Assembly: GCF_963921235.1 (NCBI RefSeq)
Contig: NC_086097.1
Span: forward strand, 78,556,001 to 78,620,000
Direction: 5' to 3'
DNA: 64,000 nucleotides
From: Mobula hypostoma
Taxonomy: Eukaryota
Within the stretch, counting starts at the first letter, position 1; every line of letters starts with the position of its first letter. A model generated the notes under the pieces. That model made no database searches. It was not told the origin of the DNA and saw only the letters and a program-made list of their open reading frames with translations. Made by a program: the position numbers and the translations under genes. Shown piece by piece: positions 39,432 to 53,044 of the stretch.

Positions 39432-40410
39432 GTCATAGTCATAGTCATACTTTATTGATCCCAGGGGAAATCAGTTTTCGTTACAGTTGCACCATAAATA
39501 ATTAAATAGTAATATGTAAATTATGCCAGGAAATAAGTCCAGGACCAGCCTATTGGCTCAGGGTGTCTGACCCTCCAAGGGAGGAGTTGTAAAGTTTGCT
39601 GGCCACAGGCAGGAATGACTTCCTATGACCCTCTGTGCTGCATCTCGGTGGAATGAGTCTGTGGCTGAATGTACTTCTGTGCCCAACCAGTACATTATGT
39701 AGTGGATGGGAGACATTGTCCAAGATGGCATGCAACTTGGACAGCATCCTCTTTTCAGACACGACCGTCAGAGAGTCCAGTTCCATCCCCACAACATCAC
39801 TGGCCTTACGAAAGAGTTTGTTGATTCTGTTGGTGTCTGCTACCCTCAGCCTGCTGCTCCAGCACACAACAGCAAACATGATCGCACTGGCCATCATAGA
39901 CTCGTAGAACATCCTCAGCATCATCCGACAGATGTTAAAGGACTTCAGTCTCCTCAGAAAATAGAGACGGCTCTGACCCTCCTTGTAGACAGCCTCAGTG
40001 TTCTTTGACCAGTCCAGTTTATTGTCAATTCGTATCCCCAGGTATTTGTAATCCTCCACCATGTCCACACTGACCCCCTGGATGGAAACAGGGGTCACCG
40101 GTGCCTTGGCTCTCCTCAGGTCTACCACAAGCTCCTTAGTCTTTTTCACATTAAGCTGCAGATAATTCTGCTCACACCATGTGACAAAGTTTCCTACCAT
40201 AGCCCTGTACTCAGCCTGATGCATCCAACTATGGCAGAGTCATCAGAAAACTTCTGAAGATGGCAAGACTCTGTGCAGTAGTTGAAGTCCGAGGTGTAAA
40301 TGGTGAAGAGAAAGGGAGACAAAGCTGTCCCTTGTGGAGCCCCAGTGCTGCTGACCACTCTGTCAGACACACAGTATTGCAAGCACACGTACTGTGGTCT
40401 GCCATTGACT
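39432..40410 (-). mobile_element. Younger Rex1-like LINE 3' portion
   Basis: GAPQGTALSPFLF...KFSDD, a 224-aa ORF (YKYLG, RLYFLRRL) and a (TATGAC)n tail at ~39432-39449. Confidence 0.88.
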
Positions 40411-40864
40411 ACAACTAAGAGGTAGAAAGAATTCAAGATATAAAAGGTGCTTGGGGCAGAGAGCAGAAACTGGGTATTAAGATACATGATCAGCTATAAT
40501 CAAACTGAATTATCATCGCAAGCTTGTGAAGTTCAATTGTCTCCTTTTTATGTTTTTATGTTTCTATAATTCCTTGGATAAGGAGGTTGTTCTGAAAGGA
40601 GAGGTTGAATAGTCTAGGTCAATATTCCCTTGCGTTTAGAAGAATGAGAGACAATTGCATCGAAACATTTCAAATTCTTCAAAGGCTTGGCAGGGTAGAT
40701 CTTGCAGGTTGTTTCCTATGGCCAAGTCTGTAACTCAGAATCAGTATTTAAACCCAAGTTGAGGAGAAATTTCTTCAAAAAAGTGCTCAATGAGAGGAAG
40801 GCAATGCAAAACTGTAAAGAGTCAGTGCCATCAGAAATTTGAGTCAACTTTTAATTTTTATTAA

Positions 40865-41965
40865 GTGTACCGCACACAAGATGCTGGAAGAACTTAGCAG
40901 ATATGACAGCATCAATGGAGAGGAATAAAGTCAACGTTTTGGGCCAAGACCCTTCATCCAGAATGGAAACAAAGGCGGAAGAAGCCAGAATAAGAAGATC
41001 GGGGTGGGGGGGGGAGACAGTAGAACCTGAAAGGTGATAGGTGAAACAGATAACGGGGAGATGGGTAGGTTAGTGGGTCGGGGAGGGGGATTAAGGAAGG
41101 TGAAAGGTGGAGGTGGTAAAGGGCCGAAATAGAAGGAATCTGATAGGAGAGGAGTGTGGACCATGGGATAAAGGGAAGGTAAAGGGCAACAGAGGAATGT
41201 GATGGGCAGTTGATGAGGAGAAGGGGAAAAGGGGAGCCAGAATGGAGAATGAAAAAAAGAGACAAGGGTGTGGGTGCAGAAATTATGGGAAGTTAGGGAA
41301 ATCGATGTTCATACCGTCAGGTATAGGCAATCCAGATGGAATGAGGAGTCGTGAGTATGGCTTTATTGTGGCTGCAGAGGAGACCATGGCTGACATATTG
41401 GAATGGGAATAGGACTGGGAAGTTGAATAGAAATGAGTGGCCTTTGGGAAATCCTGCCTTTTGTGACAGACAAGCAAAGGTGTTCAAGGGTGGCTTTCCA
41501 ACTAACATCCGGTCTCATCAATGTAGAGGAAGCCACACTGGGAGTACTGGATACAATAACTAACCCCAACAGACTCACAGTGAAGTGTCACATCACCTGG
41601 AAGCATTGTTTAGGATGCCGAATACTGACAAGGGAAGACATGTAGAACTTGCTCCACTTGCAGGGATAAGTGCCAGTGGGGAGGAACAAATGAACAGGGA
41701 GTCACATAGAGTGTGTTGGAAGACTTGTGGTCAGCAAGCCCAATACCATCACATGAGAAAAAAGAATATTATTTTTACAAGAGACAGAGTGGAAAAAGGT
41801 ACAGTCAAAATAACTGTGAGAGCCAGTACATTTATAAGAGATACCAGTAGATAGTCTGTCTCCAGAAATAGAAACAGAAAGATCAAGAAAGGGGAGAGAG
41901 GTGTCAGAGGTGGACCAAGTAAGTGACAAGAGGGTGGAAGGTTGATGCAAAGATGCTGAAACTCA
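40865..41965 (-). mobile_element. Decayed Penelope-like element, single arm
   Basis: TWSTSDTSLPFLDLSVSISGDRLST, PDGMNIDFPNF and a decayed hammerhead at 40929-40964. Confidence 0.85.
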
Positions 41966-43625
41966 AACTTGGTCCTTCCATATCGTTTTTCTTAAGTAAT
42001 ATTGCATGACACATATAATGTCTTACTTTTTAAGTAATGTTTCATGAAATATTTGTTCTGTCAGGAGTTAAGTAGTTTAACAATAAAGTGCAAATTCAAC
42101 AATTTTATGCAACAATAACTTTCAAAGATATCATTCAAAAGGTAACAGAATCTAAATAAGAGTTACCTAGATTCAAAGTTGGAATGAATGGTACCTATAA
42201 TCGATTGTTAGAATTCAGATGCATAGTTGATATAACTGCTGATGCCTAGAAAATGGATCATATGACACTTCTTTATCTAGCGTTAACTTTTCCAGAAGGG
42301 TTCAATCTGGTCTAAGTGAATGGTGGAGAATTGGACCAGGCATATTCAGTTGCAATCCAAATAAATGTGGTTTAACTTTTCTCAATATTGGGTGTACTCA
42401 TAACGATGCCAAATATCATACAAATTAATCTCAGCCAAGACTAACATAAATTGGAGCTCAAAGCTTCATATGAGTGCAGCGGAACAATGTCAGGAGGAAC
42501 ACAGTACGTTACAAACTAGCTTTTCTCAATAATTAAAGATATGTTATGCTGATATCATAAGATTTCAAAGGAAAGTTTCAAAGTGTAAAAATGTGTGTGA
42601 AAAAGACCAGGGAACATTCAGCTGCTGATCTGTCCTTTGGGGTAACCTATGAGTCCTCGCTTTCTGGTGATAAAGGCCCTGGTCATTCTCAGCATCTGAA
42701 TAACTCCAGGTGGCTCCCACCAACCTCTGTTGCCTTTATTATGCTTCCTGTTCACCATGGTTGAGGAAAGCTATCAGAAAGGTGTCCTTACCGGACATCA
42801 GTAATTTCATCTTCCAGCTGAACAGAGGAGGAAGACATTGAACAGACAAGAAGGGATTCTCTCATAGAAAAATAGTTTACATTCCACAAAAATCAGAGAT
42901 CCTTCTGCAATCAAGTGACAATTTCCTTACTCCTAGTATTACTACCACTTCACAAGCTACTTTTTAGTTCTATCAGCATTGTTTATAACCCATCCAGATC
43001 CAATTAGTTAAGTGGCTTACTACCTCATCTCTGCATTCCTGGCAAATGACACTTTGCTGAAAAAAGTCAATTTGTACATTACTTGGAGGTGTTTCACTGT
43101 GAACCAGAACTTGAATGGTTTTGACTGCTGTTCAACATCAATGGGTCAATGCAGCACAGAGTAATGAATATCACAATATTTAACAACTCAGAGCAAATGA
43201 AAATAGTTCATTTTTTCATGTTCTTTTGTCAATTATTTTTACTTTATACTCTATGGATATGACACCTGCCAGTAGAAACAGCTCCTTATAAAATTTATAA
43301 GAACTCATTCCATTAATTAACCATGTTCAATTTGTAGCACGCAGAGGTAAAATTCTGTGGATTCAAGTTTTATTCCATTTGAAACCAATCTGAAGTAACA
43401 GTTCAATGTAAAACTATTCAAGTACTGCATTATCCAAAACATCCTTCTCAAATTAAGTGCTGAAGAGCCAGGGTTATTTTTAAAAAGAATGGTGTTCTTC
43501 TGGAATCCTGGCCACCATTTATACCTTCATCAGTAACACATTACCTTGTCGCTAGAACATTAATTTTGACAGACTTTGCTAAACACAGAATGGCAGCCAT
43601 ATTTTTTCAATGACTTTGTTGGTTG

Positions 43626-43735
43626 TAGAAACCATAGAAACCATGGAAAAACTACAGCACAGAAACAGGCCTTTTGGCCCTTCTTGGCTGTGCCAAACCA
43701 TTTTCTGCCTAGTCCCACTGACCTGCACACATAGA
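43626..43735 (-). mobile_element. ~110-bp CR1 3'-tail insertion
   Basis: tagaaaccatagaaacc tail and acagcacagaaacaggcc; GGTTGTA on both sides. Confidence 0.6.
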
Positions 43736-44873
43736 ATAGGTTGTATTGCATGTTAGGACATTTTGAAGTTGTGAAAGATGATTTGTGTATGCACATAGAA
43801 ACAAGACTTTCTTGCATTTCTTTCTCAACTTTAGTAATAATATTGATGCATCTAGGTTGTCACATACATTGTCCCTAAATTCTGGTAATTCTTAAAATTT
43901 TCCATGGTGAAAACAATTTTAAAACCAAGGATAATTTCCACCACTTTCAAATAAAACGAAAGTGTATACATGCACTAGAGTTGTCATGGGTGACTGAATC
44001 ATCCTCCCACCCCCATGTGTCAATGAGTTGCTGAGTTCCTGTGCTCTATCCATTCACCTCATACTCTGTGCTTTTTGCTGGATCTCTTCTTCAGTTATTT
44101 GTTTCAGGTGCTTGTCCTCCAAAATTGGAAGTTACCTCAATGCAATCCTGCCAGAAATAATTTCTCGGTGCCACTATGAGGAGTCCTTTTCAGCTTGTCA
44201 AAGAAACAACAGCCCTTCAACTCAGCCAGCTGTCATAATTGTCAAAATGCAACCATCGGTTGCAGATAGTGGAGCACATCCTAATACCCCAATCTCAATA
44301 CAAATAACTTCATATCTCAATCTTCCATTATAGCAAGCATTCGCTCAGTGTTGCATGGGAACTCCAAAACAAAGTTTCAAATTCTTTTCATTCCATAAGA
44401 TGTAGGAGCAAAGTAGACCATTCGGCCCAATGAGTCTTGTTTATTCACTTGTTTATTATCTAGAAGGAAATATACAACATGCAGCTTTCTTCCAAATCTT
44501 CTCACCAAATGTCTGTCAACTGATTAGTCATGATGCAAGGATTTACGATAGAATAATGGACATACACACCTTTCAAGGTATATTGGTCTGCATTCCAAAG
44601 GAAGAAAAACTGATAAATTCAAGGATTGAGGACAACTCAAAAGAGCTTTTATTTCACAAAAACTAGCAGTACATACACATATATGTATAAAAAATAGGTT
44701 TCTTTAGAGAGAAATATGATATCATGGCAACCCCTCCTCCCCCACCCAACCCACACACCATCCACAAACTGGCAACTGCTACCTTTTATAGATGTCTAAG
44801 CAAAGGAATGTAAAGATGGCTACATCACCTGTGTCATAATAAACATGAACGACTGCTGGACAAACCACCTTCT

Positions 44874-45188
44874 AAGCAACCCACACAAAATGCTGGTGGA
44901 ACTTAGCAGGCCAGGCAGCATCTATGAATGATTTCACTGATCAACCTCCCAGCTCTTTACTTCACCTCTCCCCGTCTTCCAGTTTCATCTATCATCTACC
45001 ACCTTGTACTTCTTCCTCCCTCCTCCTAACTTCTTACTTTGACTTCTCATCTTTTTTTCCAGTCCTGACAAAGGGTCACGGACCAAAACATCGACTGTTT
45101 ACTCTTTTCCATAGCTTGCAGAGTTCTTCCAGCATTTTGTCTGTGTTGCTTTGGATTTCCAGCAAATGCAGATTTTCTCATGTTTGTG
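44874..45188 (+). mobile_element. Mini Penelope-like insertion (short inverted arm plus pseudo-LTR with a decayed hammerhead)
   Basis: TSD AAACCAC(C/A)TTCTAA at 44862-44875 and 45189-45202; left arm aagcaac..cacaaaatgctgg; hammerhead remnant 45061-45096. Confidence 0.8.
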
Positions 45189-45239
45189 AAACCACATTCT
45201 AATCTGCTTTATTAGCTTCACTGACTTGACCTCAAACAC

Positions 45240-47400
45240 CAGAGTCAACAGAAGCAATGCCAGAAGTCAGTGTCAAAGCTTTAAAGAACATGACAGTGCA
45301 ATCTCAGTGCCTACTTATCAACCTGACAAACCTCAGTCTACGGGAGCAGCAAGGTATCCACAGCATACAAACGGTCCTGATGTCCACCTTAACTAGCACA
45401 TGTGCAGAGACTCTGGCTTCTCTACCAATAAACACCAGGATTGGTTTACTGAGAATGATAAGGGGAGTGGGGAGTGAATTAACCACAACTATAAAAAATG
45501 CCTGGATTTTAAGTTCCATCTTTCTAAGGGAAAAGCAGCAATCCAGCAAAAGGAACTCAGCAAATGTGTTTTTTTTTTCCCCAGTTATCTATGGCCCCAA
45601 AAGTCAAGGCCTCACCATCTCCCCCTCCACCCCACAGCCTGAAATTATGAATAGGGACGAACTTATTCATGACAGGGAGGCTCTTAACACCCACTCAAAG
45701 AAACATTTCAAATAGCTACTGAAAACACGAAAGTCCTTGACATGAGAGCTCATGAGACCCACAGTAGTCTATCCGGGTGAGCCTTGCCACTACTCCTAAC
45801 CAACAGGGAACCAGGTGGTCATATCCCAACTCAAAAATAACAATGCCTTGAGAGCAGACAGTATTATGGCTGAAGTCCTCATTCTCAACAGTGAAAATCT
45901 TCAGCTAACAAATTCACAGCCTTATCAACTGTGCTTGGAAAAAGGAAGAATTCCTGAGGACCTTCGAGATGCTGGTATTTTTGAACATCCTCCAGAAGAA
46001 AAAAAGACAAGTTCATGGTGATAGAGAGTCTGCCTGCTCACTGTTGCAGAAAACATCATCATCAGGACTCATCTCCACCACAGCATTCTGCTGGCCAAAC
46101 AACTTTTCCTAGAATAATAATATAGATTTCATCCGTTCCAGGTCAGAGTGGTGTTATCTCTACATAAGTAGAATCAGCCACTATACATGGGCTTTCTCAA
46201 CCGCACCAAAGCCTTTCGGTCCATCATTCAGGAGGAACATCATCTCCATCTTATGTGTATTTCACTGCAGCATGTGAGCCTTGATGTTAACCAATGAATT
46301 TACAGAACATTTTTCAGTAAAGGTGTCAGATAAGGATTATCACCTCCTCTACCATTCTCAATGTTTTTGTTTCAACAATATTCCACTTCATCTCCAAACA
46401 ACCTGCTGCAAAAGTGCAGTTCATCTTCAGAGTTAATGGGAAGCTACCAACTTTCAGCAATTGCACTCCAAGATCAAGGTTACCCAAATCTCAGAGTCAA
46501 GCTGCCTGTCGATGGTGGACGATGGACGATGCCTGTGTTTAAGTACATTTAGGGCCCAAGCTCACTGAAACACAGGGAGAATGGTTCTTGCACTCAACAT
46601 CCAGCTCCTCTACAACTGGCCCCCATATTGCTGTCTGACAATAAAGTTTCATGGTCAAACCCTGGAAAAAGTATTCCCTTCTCATACCTCAGGAACAAGC
46701 TCTCAAAAACCAGACATCACTGATAAAATTCATCCTTGCCTCATGCACTAGCACAACCTTCAGCTGATTGAGGAAAATGGTATTTAAAGACTTGTAAAAA
46801 AAAAACCCTAATCAACCAGGCAACGGTGATCCCTGCCTTCCTCAATACTTTAAGAACCTACCATCTCAGAATTGGAAAAACACCACTAATTATTTTCACT
46901 CAATTCAAGCTCCTTTGTGGGGAAAATCATCAAGCAGATGAAAAGATTCAAAGAAATACTGAAAGCCTCCTTAAATAAATGCAAGGAATCAAATAATGAT
47001 GCAGGGTTTTGATTTAAGATAGTGAACAATGTTCCTCCACCAACACACAGTATTTAGCCTGCTGAGGTCCTCTGGCACATTGTGGATGTTGGAATCTGGA
47101 GCAGCGAACAATCTCCTGTATCTACAACTTATCAGAATGCTGCATTGTGACTAATCAAAGCGGAGAAAGAACATTTTAGATGATATTGAGAATGACAAGG
47201 CCATACTTTGAGAACACACAGAGACCCTACTTTTAACTGGAAACAGCAAATTACCCATCCACCTGTCCAAAGAGCCACTGCCTGCACCATCCGTTACTTT
47301 GTCTGTAGTTCTGTATTGGGCTCATCATCCAACTGAGAATCCACAAAAATGGTGTGGAGCAAAAAAAAAATCATCCTTAACCTCGAAGTACTGCCTAAAA
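45240..47400 (+). mobile_element. Ancient RTE-clade LINE remnant
   Basis: IYGPKSQG, QLKNNNALRADSIMAEV, DLRDA, ttc..tacct.gg (F.YLG-like) and a 3' Cys/His remnant; heavily decayed. Confidence 0.55.
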
Positions 47401-47619
47401 AGAGCTAATGAAAATATAACACTGGTTTATTTTGTTTGCATAATTTATATAAAACAAAATTTGATATTTCACTTGCAAAATCTGGAATTCTCAGAATTTT
47501 ATTATTTTAAATGCACTACAATCACATTATTCGTGACAGTCATAACTCAATTGATAGCTTACTTGTGTGTAAAATGAGAAGGGTGGGAGTTAAAGTCCCA
47601 CTACATCTAGGAAACAATA

Positions 47620-48422
47620 ATCTAAGGTAGATACTTTATTGATCCCAAAGGGAATTACAGTGTCATAGTAGTGCACAGATATACAAATATTAGAAGAGAG
47701 ATAAGAAAGAATAAAGTCACCACAAATGTCTAACAGGAGGGAGTCGTCACTTCCCTGGCTATAGGTTGACTTATTATAGAGTCTAATAGCTGAGGGCATG
47801 AATGACCTCATATAGCACCTTTTGGAACAGCGCAATTGTCTTATCCTATTACTAAAATTTTTCTTCTATTCAGCCACTGTGGCATGTAGAAGATGAGAAA
47901 CATTGTCCAGAATTGCCAGGATTTTTCAGAGGGTCCTTTGTTCTACCACAGCCTCCTGTGTGTCCAGTTTGACTCCTACAACAGAGCCAGACTTTCTAAT
48001 CACTTTATTGAGCCTGTTGACATCACCCGTGTTGATAGCATTGCCCCAGCACGTCACTGCATAGAAGATTGCACTAGTGACAACGGATTGGTAGAACATG
48101 TGAAGGAGAGGCCCGATACTGCAAAGGGCCTCAGTCTCCTCAGGAAGTAACAACAATTCTGGCCCTTCTTGTACACAGCCTCATTGTTGGTGCTCCACTC
48201 AAGTCTGTCACCCAGGTGTACACCCAGGTCCTCACCACATCCAAGTCCTCACCATCAATAGTAAGAGGGAGCAGTGTAGGCTTAGTCTTCTTAAAGGCCG
48301 TCACCATCTCCCTTGTCTTACTGATGTTGAGCAGCAGACGATTAAGCATGCACCATTTGACAAAGTCCTCCACCAGGGCCCTGTATTCATCCTCCTGTCT
48401 TCCTCTTATACACCCAACTAAG
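47620..48422 (-). mobile_element. Rex1-like LINE 3' fragment
   Basis: EYRALVEDFVKWC, FYQSVVTSAIFYAV, NRLNKVIRKSG. Confidence 0.8.
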
Positions 48423-49193
48423 CTGATGCTCCAGTGCAGTACCAAAGGAGTGTTGGGATATTCTTTCTTCTCATTTTGATGTTAAAACCAAGATTACATC
48501 TGCTTTCAAGGTGGATATAAAAGATCCCAATGTTTTTGCGAAACATCAAGGAACTGGTTTCCTGCATCATATTTATCCCCCATTACTAAATTCATTTATG
48601 CAGTTATCATCACAGTGCTGTTTTGGCCATAAAGCATTTTGATGCTTCTGGAGGCAGTAAAAGGTAAGATACAAAGGCAAAATTTTTTTGTAAAAGAATT
48701 TCAGCATTCCTACTGAAGAAACTGGAAATGGATTTGCTGTCCACCAGGCTCTTGCACACATTTGAGTTCTATATTTACCTGGCAATCACAATAAACCATT
48801 GTACCAACAGTGTTATTGCCACATGGTAAAACAATACTTAAACACAATCACAGAAATGTAAAATTGAAACAGGTTCACCCACTGCTACTATAAAACTCAT
48901 TAAACAATGGAAATTGAATCCTAACATCCCAATATCCCAGCGCCCTTAACTTTAATTGGCTTCCATTGCTTTGAAAGGTGTTTTGTTTTACAGATCCAAA
49001 CTGAGAGCCTCAAAAGCAAACGTATTTAATTAATATTGTGTTTGTATGAACTCTATCAATCTCAGTGAAACCCAACTGGAGTAATTCTGAAATAGTTATG
49101 AACACTTAATTGTCAAATAAACTGAAATACAATATGCCCTTGATCAAGATAAGATGACAATTCTTTCCTTAATATTAACATGCTCCATATCTA

Positions 49194-49752
49194 CACACAG
49201 TGGCCACTTCATTAGGTACAGGAGGTATCTAATAAAGTGGCCACTGAGTGTATATTTGTGGTCTTCTGCTGCTGTAACCCATCCACTTCAATGTTCAACA
49301 TGTTGTGCATTCAGAGATGCTCTTCTGCACACATCTGTTGTAACATGTGGTTATGTGAGTCACTTGCTTTCCTGCCAGCTTGAACCAGTCTGGTCATTCT
49401 GCTCTGACCTCACTCAATAACAAGGCGTTTTCGCCCACAGAACTGCTGCCCAAAGGTATGATTTTTTTTTTTGTTTTTCACACTATTCTCTGCAATTCTA
49501 GAGACTTATGCATGAAAATCCCAGGAGACTAGCAGTTACTGAAATATTCAAACCACTCCATCTGGCAACAACAATTATTCTATAGTCAAAGTCACATTTT
49601 TCCCCCATTCTAATGTTTGGTCTGAACAACTGAACCTCTTGACCATGTCTGCATGCTTTTATGCATCAAATTGTTGCCACATAATTGGCTGATCCAATAT
49701 CTGTATTAACAAGCAGGTGTACAGGTGTGCCCAATAAAATGGCCACTGAGTA
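49194..49752. mobile_element. Tc1/mariner MITE with three TIR copies
   Basis: Left TIR cacacagtggccacttcattaggtac after TA; right-type TIRs ending at 49250 (followed by TA) and at ~49752. Confidence 0.7.
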
Positions 49753-51095
49753 CATTTTACAAGAATTCTAAATGGTGCATAAATTCAGACAGCAGTAACT
49801 ACTCCAATGTCAGATAATACAAATAAATGTATTACAAAAAATGACAAACAAAGATCAAACAAAGAATTTGAAGATCAGGCAAGCTCAATATTTGAAATTA
49901 TTCATGAGGGAAATAGATCGTTTTGCCATTTACAAATATTTCAGATGCTGGTGAATACACCAAATGAAATTAATCAGCCTCGTAGAAGTTTCAGTCCTTT
50001 CAATATATTTTGGAGGTTAAACTGGATAGACTCAAACAGACACTGGCATGACACCTTGATTGTAATGTATGCAACTTGGCAGTTTTATATTACCTACTCA
50101 AAAAAGACTTCAGTCAGTACTAAAATTACGGTTTACTGGTTATAATATTGGCAAAAGAGCCATTTTATAATTTGTTAGCCCTTCTTAAAATAAGCCTGAA
50201 CCTCAAAAGAGAGATAAACTGTTTGTAGGGGTATTAACAATCCTGCAGGAATTGACTCTGACTTGGAAAACAGAAGAAATGAGATTACATGGGAGACAAT
50301 GGACTAAATCTTGATGGATAGCCCACAGAAGATGATGGTGACATGTAGGATGCTTTGGAGGCACCAAACATGAAACACTAACCACTATCAATACAATACA
50401 AAGACATATAAATATTACGTACTATTTTTTGTGATTATTTATTTTTTCCAATTCAGTTTTAAAATACATCTAGACGAATTTGCAGGGCTCAGACTGCAAC
50501 ATTCTGACCAAAATCTGAAAAGCACAAAATTAAACATGGCTCAGAAAAGAAAATGCCCCTTTATGCATCAAAATATATTATTTTTACTCTTCCACTAAGC
50601 AACCCCTTGGCCAAATAATTAAAAATATATGGTTAGACATGTGGAGCTCTGAGTCTTATGGCAGTTTCCATGGTCAGAAATCTACTCATGAATATCCAAG
50701 GGCAAATTTAATTTTAATTTAAGTTGAAAAAGTTAATTTTAAAATGCTTAAGAAAATCAAAATGTTAAAAGAAATTCTCGTGAACTTCAATGAGCACATA
50801 AGAGTGAGAGACAGTTTTATAGAAATATAGAAGATTCTGGGGAATTGGTGAAGTGACAAAGTTAACAATGAGATGATGTTTTCTCTAGTATAGGTTATCT
50901 AGAACTAGGGAGCACTGTTTCTATAAAAGGAATTATCCATTTAAGAGGATAGAAACATAGAAAACCTACAGCACAATACAGGCCCTTCGGCCCACATAGC
51001 TGTGCCAAACATGTCCTTACCTTAGAACTACCTAGGCTTACCTATAGCCCTCTATTTTTCTAAGCTCCATGTATCCATCCAGGAGTCTCTTGAAA

Positions 51096-53044
51096 CAGGG
51101 GTCCCCAACCTTTTTTGCACCGCGGACCGGTTTAATATTGACAATATTCTTGCGGACTGGCCAACCGCGGGGGGTGTTAATCACGACCAGAATATAGGTG
51201 ATAAGTCAACTATAAGTCACTTATCAGTGGCTAATACACTCAATTTTGTTTCTGAAAGGGTTTATATAATGAATTTAATATTAAACACACAGTGCATATT
51301 TTCCTCCCATGAATATACTGATAAGTCAATTATAAGTCATAAGGGGGTTCTTTATGTCCAGTCTATTCTGCAATTTAGTTTTCATTGCATTCATTGCAGA
51401 AAACTCCGCTTCGCGGAGGTATGATGTTGGAAATGGAAGCAACGTCTTCAGTGCTTTCGTGGCTGTCTCAGGATATTCAGCCTTGACTTTGATCCAGAAC
51501 GCCGGCAGAGATTTTATGTCAAACATACATTTCAGCCCACCGTCATTTGCAAGCTTGAGGAGTTGATCTTCTTCCTGCGCTGACATGGATAATTCACTGG
51601 GGACCCATTCCTTTGCACGTCTTGGGTCATTTGCGGTTGGGAAGTAACGCTCGAATTCTGTCGACAGCGAAGATAGGTGTTAGCGCACCAGATATGAGCC
51701 TCAGTCTCTCCCAAATTCCCAGCTAATGTTGGGAACATGTCAAATATGCCCCTGTCCACTCGCCGACCCACAGTTCCAGTTTGGCTGTGAAAGCAGACAC
51801 TTTATCTACCAACTTGAAGACAGTTGTCATTCTCCCCTGAAGTGACAAATTGGGTTCATTGAGCAGGTTGAAGATGTCACACAGATAAGCGAGTTTTGCT
51901 ATCCACTCCTCGTGACTGAAGTGTTCAGCCATTGGTGACTTTTTTCCTGAAAAAATTCTCTGCAGCTGCTCTCTTAATTCAAAAACCCTGGCCAGGGCTC
52001 TCCCCCTTGATCGCCACCTGACTTCAGTGTGTGAGAGAAGGCGTTTGTGCTCTGCATCTACTTCCTTGCAAAGCTGCTCAAACAGATGTGAGTTAAGGGC
52101 TTTTGCTTTGATGTGACTGATAGCTTCAACAATGTCACTCAATAGGCCGTTTTTCGGCTAGCCAGCATTTCCCTGTGTGTGACACAGTGTGTAGACTGGC
52201 ATTCAGGAGCAACCTTTTTGACTCAGGTAGTGAAACCAGACTCGTTAAGCCGTTCCAACAGCTGTGCTTCGATGTCCTCCGCTATGTCATCGATTCTCCT
52301 TGAAACTGTGGTAGCTGAAAGAGAAACCTGTGCCATCTTGTTAGCTGCAGCTTCTCCCAACAGTTCATAGCACATGTCCTTGGCAGCAGGCAGAATCAGT
52401 TCTTCACCGACAGTGAAAGGCTTCTTAGCCTTAGCAATATGGCTAGCCACTAAGTACACCGCTCTCAGAGCAGCAGCAGTTGTGGAGGTGGTGGCTGTCA
52501 GCACTTGCTTCTGTCCCGCTTGCTCACGTTTTTTCTGCTCAAAAAACTCAATGGGTTTGTCTTTAAGTGCAGGGCGCTTGGACTCAAGGTGCCGAAGCAG
52601 TTTTGAGGGCTTCATTGCCTCATTGGACAGCTTGTCTCCACATATCACACACAGGGGGCTTGGAGCGTGCGAGTCACCGGTCGCAATAAAGCCATATTTT
52701 ATGTACGACTCATCGTATTTTCTGTTGAAGGAAACTTTCTTCTTTTTGCAGTCTCGGCCTCAGTTGTCTCTGCATTATCATCATCGTTAGGCCTTTTATG
52801 TCCCCTACCATCTCTTCCAAAGAAACTCTCAAGCGACGTTTGTTTTTTACTCATCGAGTAGTTGTAGGTTAATGACCGACTGATATCCTCGTGTGGGTAA
52901 TGACCTCGTCTGCATTCAAGTTCAACAGTGGACATGACAGGAAATGAGGAAAGGTGCAGTTGACTCATATCGTTTTCTCGCGGCCCGGTAGCACATGCTT
53001 TGCGGCCTGGTACCAGTCCGCGGCCCAGTGGTTGGGGACCACTG
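51096..53044 (-). mobile_element. hAT DNA transposon, Charlie/Buster group, internally deleted
   Basis: 15-bp TIRs CAG(G/T)GGTCCCCAACC; 8-bp TSD TCTTGAAA/TCTTAAAA; ZBED5/SCAND3-like transposase fragments. Confidence 0.93.
51326..52853 (-). pseudogene. Buster-type hAT transposase pseudogene
   Basis: MSKKQTSLESFF start, BED finger C..CGDKLSNEAMKPSKLLRHL, KKPFTVGEELILP, HTEVRW.SRG, LAYLCDIF, LLPFPTSYLREAEFS; frameshifts and an internal deletion. Confidence 0.88.

Noticed and set aside
42787..42870. Minus-strand GTAAG donor-like site as a possible extra exon
   Set aside because: No convincing acceptor, frame or FSIP1 similarity.
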